Shown: positions 37,100 to 45,407 of the stretch, piece by piece
Layout of the letters: each line of letters opens with the position of its first letter
Numbering within the stretch: position 1 is the stretch's first letter
Assembly (NCBI GenBank): GCA_051874735.1
Contig: JBJEGD010000026.1
Span: forward strand, 128,001-192,000
From: Candidatus Bruticola sp.
Lineage (GTDB): Bacteria > Vulcanimicrobiota > Xenobia > Xenobiales > Xenobiaceae
DNA: 64,000 nucleotides
Reading direction: 5' to 3'
Notes under the pieces: model-generated
Seen by the model: the letters and a program-made list of their open reading frames with translations, nothing else
Told to the model about the DNA's origin: nothing
The model's database searches: none
Translations under genes and position numbers: made by a program

Positions 37100-38344
37100 A
37101 TGAGCGATATCGATCTTTTTTACCATGTGCCAAAAAATGGCAATGTCGCTATTAATGAAGATGGCTTATCTGCGTCGGATAATAACGCTAAACGACTCGA
37201 TGAAGAAGCTAAAATTAGAACTATTGAACTGCTGAAGCGGGAAGATGTAATAACTACTTCTGACATAATCAGCCGTTTTCAAAATCATGATAAAGAGGCT
37301 GCCGAAATTTTAGTGCGCACTTTTTATCCCTATGTTGAAAGTTTATTAATTGCTTTAGAAAAAAATGAGTTTCAGAAGCGCACTTCTGAGCGAATTGGTG
37401 TGGCTCCGGCTCTCACCAGCATCGGCAGTCATCGTAGTGAATTTCTAAACGAATTCTTTATAGACTTTGTCAATAATGCGGACAAAATCGATTTAAGCAA
37501 GGGTGTACGCCTTTATCTTTACAAAACTTGTGCGGAAGCTTTTAGAGAACATACTCAAGAACAGTCTGCTGTTTCATCAGCTTCAGATTTTGTTCAAAAT
37601 ACAAGAAAAAGTGAGTCACTTTTCTTCGACGATGATATCGATTCAGATGCTGCTGAAGAGAGTCGTCGACAGTTATACGAAAATAGTGATGGTGCTACGA
37701 CAAGCGTATTTTTTGATGACAACGCTACTAGGTTGTCTATGAGAAAAAAAATCTCTGGTACGCCTGTATGGCGTTATACAAATTCAGATTTGCCGGAAAT
37801 AAAACGGCAGGAGTCTACGGGAATATCCGGAGGCGGCAGGCTTTTACGCACTGCTGCTGATAGAGACAAGAATGTTTATACCCAAAGTAAATACGCTTTG
37901 TCGAAGCAAGCTTCAGATAGCGAGGCCGATATACTGAAGTCTAAGTCTGGAACCGTCGGTGGAGCTCGTCTTTTGCGCTCTGACAGTAGCAAATTAAGTC
38001 TGGCTAGCAGAATTTATTTGAGAAACGGTGCCCATTTAGCTCCTCCGTTAAGTAATGCGGATGAATCTATTGAAACAAAAGAAAACGATCATTCTTCTAC
38101 ATCAGTTCAATCATCGAGCCAGAAAACGGCCATTTCATCTACTGAGTTATCTCATCGAGCTAATAGTATTGTCAGAGGTTTAAAAAAATTAGCGGTCTCT
38201 GACATTGAAGCCTATCGAGCAGTCACCATGCGTTACTTTGCTAATTGCTCTTTCGCTGAGCTCTGCCATAAACTTGAGGTCACTTCCGCCAGCGAATTAG
38301 GATTGCGTTTATTGCGCGGTTTGTTGAGCATAAATACGGATTAG
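37100..38344 (+). CDS. atypical ECF-like sigma factor with a long insertion between regions 2 and 4
   Basis: IISRFQNHDKEAAEILV, EFLNEFF..YLYK and MRYF...SFAEL...LEV align by eye with the ECF at 32297; start uncertain (37001 or 37100). Confidence 0.65.
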   Translation: MSDIDLFYHVPKNGNVAINEDGLSASDNNAKRLDEEAKIRTIELLKREDVITTSDIISRFQNHDKEAAEILVRTFYPYVESLLIALEKNEFQKRTSERIGVAPALTSIGSHRSEFLNEFFIDFVNNADKIDLSKGVRLYLYKTCAEAFREHTQEQSAVSSASDFVQNTRKSESLFFDDDIDSDAAEESRRQLYENSDGATTSVFFDDNATRLSMRKKISGTPVWRYTNSDLPEIKRQESTGISGGGRLLRTAADRDKNVYTQSKYALSKQASDSEADILKSKSGTVGGARLLRSDSSKLSLASRIYLRNGAHLAPPLSNADESIETKENDHSSTSVQSSSQKTAISSTELSHRANSIVRGLKKLAVSDIEAYRAVTMRYFANCSFAELCHKLEVTSASELGLRLLRGLLSINTD

Positions 38345-38381
38345 CCTTAATTAAATAATTAAAGCTGGATGGTACAATATT

Positions 38382-39959
38382 GTGAAACCTAGAAATCTTG
38401 GTGCAGAAACCTGCAACAATGAACATATTAAGGCGATGCTGGTGCCTTATGCTGAGCGATCTTTAGCCAAATCTAATCGCGAAGAAGTTGATGCTCATTT
38501 AGTTAACTGCGCTATCTGCCGCGATGAAGTTAAGCGTTTGCGGGATATGATGCGTCCTTTGAGCGAACTGGCTAAGAGCGGCTTTAAACCTGTTTATGAT
38601 GCTCACCCCGATCATGAGCGTCTGTTTAAATATGCTTTCCGGGACCCTTCTCTAAGTCACAGTGAATATCGAGATATAGATTTACATGTTTTTATGTGTG
38701 AGGACTGTCGCCGGGAAATTTCTATAATTGAACAAGTTAGCGCTGATTTCGATAGTTTAGTTCCGGCGGACAGCTATCGTTGGATTATGCCTCCCGTATT
38801 GCGCAATCTGTTCGCTCCTCCCAGCCGAACTTCTGCTATTGTCGAAAATGCTTTAGAAAAGCGCATCCCGAATCAGGAGCGCCTAAGAGCTATAATGCAG
38901 AAAATCAATCTGCGTTTAGTTGGTATTTTAACTGCCATTGTACTGCTAATTTTTATCTGTTTGTCTTTTATAACTTGTGGTGATGAGGAAGGTGAGGCTA
39001 GTGCCCAAAACGTTCCTTCGCCTAGCAAAGCTCCTGCGGTGGCAGTTAATAAAGTTAAGGCTGAAAACTGGACAGCTTTGCCCTTAAATAATTCTGATCC
39101 CGTAGAGGCCTGTGAGCTCCTAAGTGCCAAAAATATCAAGTATCGCAGTGTGCGTGGCCGTCTTGAAGTTTTGGTCGACGATTTAAGCAGAGCACAGGCT
39201 GCTTTGCAGCCGCCTGCTGATTCTGTATCTGCTGATGAAGCTTTGGCTTCAGCTGATTATGCATCTGAAGTTGCCAATGAAGCTGAAAGTGTTGGGACTA
39301 GCCAGGAAGAAGAGTATGGTTCAGCTCCATCTTCTGATTATACTGCTGAGGAAAGCGGTCCCGTTACTACTGCCAACGATGTCGAGGCTGACAAGGACTT
39401 TGTCGAACCGGAAGCTGCGCCTGCAAGTGATTTTAACTCAGCGGTCGCCTCCCCTCCAGAACCGTCGGCGCCTAAGCGTCAAGTTGTGCCTGTTAAACAA
39501 TTCTCTCAGCCTCGAGTCGCTGCTCCTCAGCAGCGCACAGCCGTTCGTCCCGTGTACAGTGCGCAGCCTAGAGTTAAGGCCAAAGTCGCTTCCAGGCCAG
39601 TACGCACTTATGACGCCGCTTCCTATCAGCCTGCTCCTGCGCAGGCTGCCGCACCAGTACAAACAGTTCAAAAAACTAATTTAGGGGCAGATCCTACTCC
39701 CATTTCTGCCTCGTATCGTCACAAAGCTACTTCGGCCGATTCTGCTCGTCGTTCTTTAGTCGCTCCAACTCCCCAGACTATCCATCCAGATATTGATGTT
39801 ACAGTTTCTTCATTGCCCCGGCGTAGTCATAAAACGGAAGATACTAGCTCAGAAATTACAGTTTCTTCTGCTGATTCTTCGCAGGGAGGCGATGTAATAA
39901 TTAGTGGCAATACTTATGACGAAACTGATAGTGTAACGAGCCGGGAAGAGATAGAATAA
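38382..39959 (+). CDS. double zinc-finger membrane anti-sigma-like protein
   Basis: HLVNCAIC and HVFMCEDC, one TM, small folded domain, long Ala/Pro/Ser-rich tail. Confidence 0.8.
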   Translation: MKPRNLGAETCNNEHIKAMLVPYAERSLAKSNREEVDAHLVNCAICRDEVKRLRDMMRPLSELAKSGFKPVYDAHPDHERLFKYAFRDPSLSHSEYRDIDLHVFMCEDCRREISIIEQVSADFDSLVPADSYRWIMPPVLRNLFAPPSRTSAIVENALEKRIPNQERLRAIMQKINLRLVGILTAIVLLIFICLSFITCGDEEGEASAQNVPSPSKAPAVAVNKVKAENWTALPLNNSDPVEACELLSAKNIKYRSVRGRLEVLVDDLSRAQAALQPPADSVSADEALASADYASEVANEAESVGTSQEEEYGSAPSSDYTAEESGPVTTANDVEADKDFVEPEAAPASDFNSAVASPPEPSAPKRQVVPVKQFSQPRVAAPQQRTAVRPVYSAQPRVKAKVASRPVRTYDAASYQPAPAQAAAPVQTVQKTNLGADPTPISASYRHKATSADSARRSLVAPTPQTIHPDIDVTVSSLPRRSHKTEDTSSEITVSSADSSQGGDVIISGNTYDETDSVTSREEIE

Positions 39960-39970
39960 TAGTATACTGT

Positions 39971-40885
39971 ATGGGCGTTCCTATTTTAGAGGTGAACAAT
40001 CTTACACGATGGGGGAGAAGTATCGCTTTAAAGACGCCGATCTCTTTGGTGTTAGAAGCTGGCGATATTGGTGTAGTGATCAGCCAAAATTTGAGTAGTT
40101 CATCTCATTTGCTGCGTACTGCTGTTGGTCTGTGCCCTTCATTTAAAGGTTGTATTCGTTTATGCTCCCAGCCCATTGCTTCTTCAGCAGCTAAACATAT
40201 GTTCGGTTTTGTTTCTGCTGATCCTGAGTTATATGACGATCTTACTGTTTGGGAACAACTAGCCCTTTTTGCTGATATCTATAGGGTTGATACGCATTAC
40301 CGTCCCTACGCTATTTATGAAGCTTTAGAAACTGTTAAGATCACCCCATACAAGGATACGCAAATTTCTTCTATACATGACAGAAGTTTGCTGAAGCGCA
40401 TAAGCTTAGCTCGCGCTTTAGTACACAGTCCTCGCCTTATAGTGATAGAAAATTTGTTTCAGGGCAGTGATTTTCGCAATTGGCAGTTAGCTGCCGATAT
40501 ACTCAACGAAATTAGAAATACGGGCAAAGCGATTCTGCTGTCTGCTGATAGTCTTCAATATTTGCATAACTTATACAGCCAGCTTTTTTTAGTAGGAGAA
40601 GACGAACTGTTGCTTCAAGGAAGTTATCCGCAAATATTTCAGGATCTGTATCTTTACAGATTAGTTCAGCTGCAATTATGGGATACTGGTATCGATTTAG
40701 CTTTAAATTATTTAAATGCTGCAGAATCAGTTTTTGATCTTCTGCAGCAAGAAAATGATCCGGGAGTAGTGCGTTTTTTCTTCAAAGGAAGCGAAACGGA
40801 ATTAAAAAAGTTAATGCACAGTTTGGAACAGCAAGGAGCTGCTATAGTATCTTGTTCTGTGCTTAACAATTTTTTTGGACGTTGA
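39971..40885 (+). CDS. ABC-ATPase-fold protein with degenerate catalytic motifs
   Basis: ILEVNNLT, LYDDLTVWE.L..FA, RISLARAL.H.P.L, GKAILLS; Walker A reads SQNLSSSS and Walker B reads LIVIEN. Confidence 0.8.
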   Translation: MGVPILEVNNLTRWGRSIALKTPISLVLEAGDIGVVISQNLSSSSHLLRTAVGLCPSFKGCIRLCSQPIASSAAKHMFGFVSADPELYDDLTVWEQLALFADIYRVDTHYRPYAIYEALETVKITPYKDTQISSIHDRSLLKRISLARALVHSPRLIVIENLFQGSDFRNWQLAADILNEIRNTGKAILLSADSLQYLHNLYSQLFLVGEDELLLQGSYPQIFQDLYLYRLVQLQLWDTGIDLALNYLNAAESVFDLLQQENDPGVVRFFFKGSETELKKLMHSLEQQGAAIVSCSVLNNFFGR

Positions 40886-41090
40886 AAGCTCCAACTGCTG
40901 GGAGGAGAACAGGGGAAGCTGTAGAACCGATCACGAAAGTTCGTTACAAAACTGAACTAATTATGGCGGGCTGTCCTTCACGAAACGTATCGGGGTTGTG
41001 TTCGGCAGTTTCGTTTTTGGGATTGTAAAATTGGTCCCATCAATATTGAGATGGCCCGTGAGGGCCGAGAAAGCGAGTGGAGTAGGCTAA

Positions 41091-41627
41091 ATGCGCAAAT
41101 TTACAGCCACACTCTTCCTGCTGGCCACTTTGTCGCTGGGCTGCCTAGCGGTAGGTGCTGCGCCGGCTATGGCGGATGAGAGCATGAAGACCGTAAACGT
41201 AGTAACCGAGTTCGGTCCTTACACTTACAGCCTTTATGAGTATCCTTCTTATAACACTAGTTTCTTCTTCTATCAGGACAGCTATGTTGAGTTCGATGTA
41301 GTAAACGGCACTTCCTGGAGAATCGAATCTCCCAAGGACAAGATCCACAAAGAGCAAGCTGCCCCCAGCGAGTCTTTGTTAGGTACTGGCCGTACATACA
41401 ATTCTCTTGAGAATTTCGATGTATACTTCTATGCTCCGGACGGCACTCTTTTAGCCTGCCGCAAGAATGCCAGACTTAGTGACAACTATAGCTTCCCTAG
41501 CGATCGTTCTCATGACAAAGTGCGTGTTCGCATAGAGTCTAGAGCTACCCAGAACTTAGACGCCAAGTTCATTGTTTGGGAACCGGTCAATCCTGTTGTG
41601 GCTAAACCCCTCAGCACAAAGAAGTAG
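41091..41627 (+). CDS. exported hypothetical protein
   Basis: Signal peptide ending AMA; GGAG RBS; C-ending codon bias similar to PFOR. Confidence 0.85.
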   Translation: MRKFTATLFLLATLSLGCLAVGAAPAMADESMKTVNVVTEFGPYTYSLYEYPSYNTSFFFYQDSYVEFDVVNGTSWRIESPKDKIHKEQAAPSESLLGTGRTYNSLENFDVYFYAPDGTLLACRKNARLSDNYSFPSDRSHDKVRVRIESRATQNLDAKFIVWEPVNPVVAKPLSTKK

Positions 41628-41712
41628 TGTCATTTAATTTGTAAGTTGCGTTCCTTGTTCTTTCCTTCTTTTTTTTGTAAGGGGAAAGCTGCCTGGGGGC
41701 GCATATTTTTTT

Positions 41713-41752
41713 CGGGCCGTTTCAGCTAATCTGAAGGCTCGTTTTTATTTTT
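41713..41752 (+). terminator. intrinsic terminator
   Basis: cgggcc..ttcag-ctaat-ctgaa-ggctcg followed by TTTTTATTTTT. Confidence 0.65.
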
Positions 41753-41925
41753 ATATTAAAAATACCCATAATTCTAACGTTAATAAAATATAGACTGTTT
41801 ATAATAAAAAGAGGTTGAGCGGATTTTTTATCTTACGTTGAAAATTAGCGTTCGATCTGCTCGCTGCAGAGGGGGGAATACCTCTAATTTGTTTTATTTT
41901 ATATTGTGTCTATGGAGTCTGTATC

Positions 41926-43863
41926 ATGGCTGTGCAAACTTACGAATTTCAAGCTCAAGCTCGTCAGCTTTTAAATTTAGTTATAAACTCAATTTATTCC
42001 AATAAAGAAATCTTTTTGCGCGAGCTCCTTTCGAATGCTTCTGACGCAATGGACAAATTGCGCCTTGAGTCGCTGCAAAACTCCGATTTGAAAGCTGATA
42101 TATCCGATTTACATATTACTATTGAGCGCGACAGCGAAAAGCGCACTTTAAAAGTTATCGACAACGGCATTGGCATGAATGCTGAAGAACTGAAAAACTT
42201 AATTGGTACTATCGCTCGCTCTGGTACTGCTGAGTTTCTGAAGCAAGCTGCAGAAAATAAAACTGCTGCAGCTGAACTTATTGGTCAGTTTGGCGTTGGT
42301 TTCTACTCTGTTTTTATGGTCGCTGATAAAGCTGTCATCGAAACCCGTAAAATTGGTGAAGAAGAAGGTTACAGATGGGAGTCTGCTGGCGATGGTTCTT
42401 ACACTATTGAAGAAGCTGGGAAACTTCCTCAGGGTACGGCCATTACTTTATACTTAAAAGATACTGATGAAGAAAACGGTATCGATGACTACACCCAGGA
42501 ATGGGTTATCCGCGACTTAGTCAAACGTTATTCCGATTTTATCTCTTATCCCATCAGAATGATGGTGACTAAGCGCGAAAGTGTGCCTGCTGAAAAGGAA
42601 GGCGATGAGCCTAAGACTGTAGAGAAGCAGGAAATGGAGACTTTAAATTCTATGAAAGCGCTGTGGGCGCGATCTGAAAGCGAAGTCGACTCTAAAGAAT
42701 ATAACGATTTTTACCGCCTTATTGCCCACGATTGGCAAGATCCTTTGAAAGTTATCACCATGAAAGGTGAAGGAACTTTCGAGTTCCAGTCATTGCTCTT
42801 TATACCTGCCAAAGCTCCTTTCGACATGTATATGCCGGATAGCAAGAGGGGAATCCAGCTTTATGTAAAGCGTGTTTTTATTATGGATGACTGTGAAGAG
42901 CTCATCCCACCTTATCTGCGCTTCCTCCGCGGTGTGGTTGATTCGGCTGATCTGTCCCTCAATATATCTAGGGAAATTTTACAAAAAGATCGTCAAATTA
43001 AGGCTATAAACAAGAGTATTGTTCGTAAAGTACTGAGCACTCTCAAAAGTATGATGGATGAGGATCCTGAACAGTACCGCAAATTCTGGCGTGAGTTTGG
43101 CAAAGTTCTTAAAGAGGGACTTTATAATGATAGCGCTAACCGCGAGAAGATTTTAGAAGTTATGCTGGCCGATTCCACAAATTCTGCTGAGTTGACTTCT
43201 TTGAACGACTATATTTCTCGCATGAAAGAGGGCCAGGAAAATATTTACTATATTGCCGGAGAAAACCGCGAACGTTTAGCCCAAGCTCCGCAAATGGAAG
43301 TTTTTAAAGCCAAAGGTATAGAGGTACTTATACTTAGCGATCCCATTGACTCTGTTTGGGTGGAAATGGTTGGTGAGTATAAGGACAAGAAGTTTAAGTC
43401 TGTGTTGCGTGGAGCGGTTGAACTTGGTGATGAGGCCGAAAAGAAAGCTGCTGAAGAAAAATTGGAAGCTCAGCGCAAAGACTTAGCCTCTATGATTGCT
43501 TGGATGGGCAGCGGTTTAGATAGTAAAGTTAAAGAGGTTAGGGTATCCAATCGTTTGACCGATTCTCCTGCCTGTTTAGTTTCTGATGAAAATGATCCTA
43601 CTCCATCAATGGAAAAAATCATGAAGGCCATGGGGCAAAATTTCCCAACTATCAAGCGTATTTTAGAAATTAATCCGGAGCATCCCATCATTAAACGTCT
43701 GCACGAACTTTACACTCAAAATGGTGACAGTGAAGAACTTAAGTCTGTGACTAGTTTGATTTACGATCAGGCCATTTTAGCTGAAGGTGGCGAACTCGCT
43801 GATCCGGCTAGTTTTTCTGCCGCTTTAAGTAAAATTATTAGTAAGGCTCTGCAGCAGAACTAA
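41926..43863 (+). CDS. htpG: molecular chaperone HtpG (Hsp90)
   Basis: YSNKEIFLRELLSNASDA, DNGIGM, IGQFGVGFYS, LYVKRVFI, LNISREILQ, ILEINPEHP. Confidence 0.99.
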   Translation: MAVQTYEFQAQARQLLNLVINSIYSNKEIFLRELLSNASDAMDKLRLESLQNSDLKADISDLHITIERDSEKRTLKVIDNGIGMNAEELKNLIGTIARSGTAEFLKQAAENKTAAAELIGQFGVGFYSVFMVADKAVIETRKIGEEEGYRWESAGDGSYTIEEAGKLPQGTAITLYLKDTDEENGIDDYTQEWVIRDLVKRYSDFISYPIRMMVTKRESVPAEKEGDEPKTVEKQEMETLNSMKALWARSESEVDSKEYNDFYRLIAHDWQDPLKVITMKGEGTFEFQSLLFIPAKAPFDMYMPDSKRGIQLYVKRVFIMDDCEELIPPYLRFLRGVVDSADLSLNISREILQKDRQIKAINKSIVRKVLSTLKSMMDEDPEQYRKFWREFGKVLKEGLYNDSANREKILEVMLADSTNSAELTSLNDYISRMKEGQENIYYIAGENRERLAQAPQMEVFKAKGIEVLILSDPIDSVWVEMVGEYKDKKFKSVLRGAVELGDEAEKKAAEEKLEAQRKDLASMIAWMGSGLDSKVKEVRVSNRLTDSPACLVSDENDPTPSMEKIMKAMGQNFPTIKRILEINPEHPIIKRLHELYTQNGDSEELKSVTSLIYDQAILAEGGELADPASFSAALSKIISKALQQN

Positions 43864-43887
43864 GCTGGCTGCTATCTATTGAATAAT

Positions 43888-43940
43888 AGGGCTGATTAGA
43901 TTTAGTTGTGTCTAAGTCTGGTTAGCCTTTCTTATTTTTT
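43888..43940 (+). terminator. intrinsic terminator after htpG
   Basis: aggctgattagatttag / ctaagtctggttagcct hairpin (G-U pairs) with T-rich tail. Confidence 0.7.
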
Positions 43941-44122
43941 ATTATTTATTTATATTTGAGGAAGGTAATTATCAATAAAAAAAGGTAGAATCAGAGTGTA
44001 TGAATTAGTTCGATGATTCTTTCATTAAATTATCAGCTGTGTAGCAAAATTACAGAGCGTAAGACCAGGCTGGTTTAGCTCGTAGTTTTGCTTTTTTTTT
44101 TGTAAAGAGGTCTAATTTTTTT

Positions 44123-45319
44123 ATGGAACGCAGTAATTCCAGAGCTTTTTTGCTTGTGTTAATGGGGGTACTGACAGCATTTGGGCCGTTTGTTACCGAT
44201 ATGTATCTGCCCACTCTGCCAACTATGACTACATATTTTTCAGCCACTATGTCGCAGGTTCAGTTAGGCTTAACTTTTTCTATGTTGGGGTTAGCCTTAG
44301 GTCAGCTTGGTTTTGGACCGCTCAGTGATAAAATCGGCCGTCGTTCTCCTTTATTAATTTCGATGCTGATTTTTGTTATTTCAACTTTGGCTTGTATTTT
44401 TTCACCTAACATTGAATTATTTTTAGCTATGCGTTTTTTTCAGGGAATAGCTGGGGCAGGAGGTATAGTTATTGCCAGATCTATAGCTGTAGATAAGTTT
44501 TCTGGTCGTAATCTAGCTGAGGCTTTAGCTATTGCTGGTGCTATTAACGGCATAGCTCCGGTAGCGGCTCCCATTATTGGGGGAATATGCAGTGATTCTA
44601 TTGGTTGGCGCGGTATTTTCGTTATCTTGCTGGCTGTGGGGTTGGTAGTTACCGCCATGTGCATTGTCTATAAAGAGACATTAGAAGAATCTAGACGATC
44701 TTCCGAAAAATGGGCCGATATTATGCGCCTCTTTGGCAAAGTAATTAAAAGAAAGCGTTTTCTTGGATATATTTTGCAGATGGCATCAGCCCAAGGCATT
44801 CTCTTTGCTAATATAGCTTCTTCTCCGTTTATAATTCAAAATTTACATCATAAAAGTGCTTTGGTTTTTAGCGTATATTTTGCTATAAATTCTATAGCAA
44901 TAGGTTTAGGGGCAGCTATGTCAGTTAAATTTGACAAGCAAGAAAAATGTATAACTTACAGTTGCGCCGGTATGCTAATAGGAGCACTGGCCAGTACTTT
45001 AGCTCTAAATTTAGGTGCTTCTCTGATAGTTTATGAAATTATTATTACTGCAACTTGCTTTGCTATGGGGATGACTTTTACTGCTGCCACCACATTAGCT
45101 ATGGATGAAGTCCGCGATTATGCTGGAGCTGGTTCAGCTGTTTTAGGAGCTTCCTGCTATGTTATGGGAGGTTTGGTTTCTCCTTTAGTAGGATTAGGCA
45201 ATATTCTCTATTCCGTGTCTATTATTTTTATTGCAGCAGCTGCTATCTCTAGCTTATGTGCTTGCCTAGCTAACAGATGCCCTTCTACTAAAGTTGAGTC
45301 TATAGGGGCGGTAGCTTAA
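44123..45319 (+). CDS. Bcr/CflA-family MFS efflux transporter
   Basis: TDMYLP.LP, GQL.FGPLSD.IGRR, RF.QG, AP..GG, about 12 TMs. Confidence 0.93.
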   Translation: MERSNSRAFLLVLMGVLTAFGPFVTDMYLPTLPTMTTYFSATMSQVQLGLTFSMLGLALGQLGFGPLSDKIGRRSPLLISMLIFVISTLACIFSPNIELFLAMRFFQGIAGAGGIVIARSIAVDKFSGRNLAEALAIAGAINGIAPVAAPIIGGICSDSIGWRGIFVILLAVGLVVTAMCIVYKETLEESRRSSEKWADIMRLFGKVIKRKRFLGYILQMASAQGILFANIASSPFIIQNLHHKSALVFSVYFAINSIAIGLGAAMSVKFDKQEKCITYSCAGMLIGALASTLALNLGASLIVYEIIITATCFAMGMTFTAATTLAMDEVRDYAGAGSAVLGASCYVMGGLVSPLVGLGNILYSVSIIFIAAAAISSLCACLANRCPSTKVESIGAVA

Positions 45320-45346
45320 ACGATATTTCTTTAAATTGTCAATTGA

Positions 45347-45396
45347 CAATAAATAAAAAAGATGGGGCTAGTTGACCCCATCTTTTTTATTTATTG
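45347..45396. terminator. bidirectional intrinsic terminator
   Basis: Perfect 21-bp arms caataaataaaaaagatgggg / ccccatcttttttatttattg between convergent transporter genes. Confidence 0.92.
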
Positions 45397-45407
45397 AAAA
45401 CTATTTT

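Noticed and set aside
41845-41871. CIRCE element upstream of htpG
   Set aside because: The left arm TTAGCGTTC matches 7/9 but the right arm (GCTGCAGAG) does not resemble GAGTGCTAA
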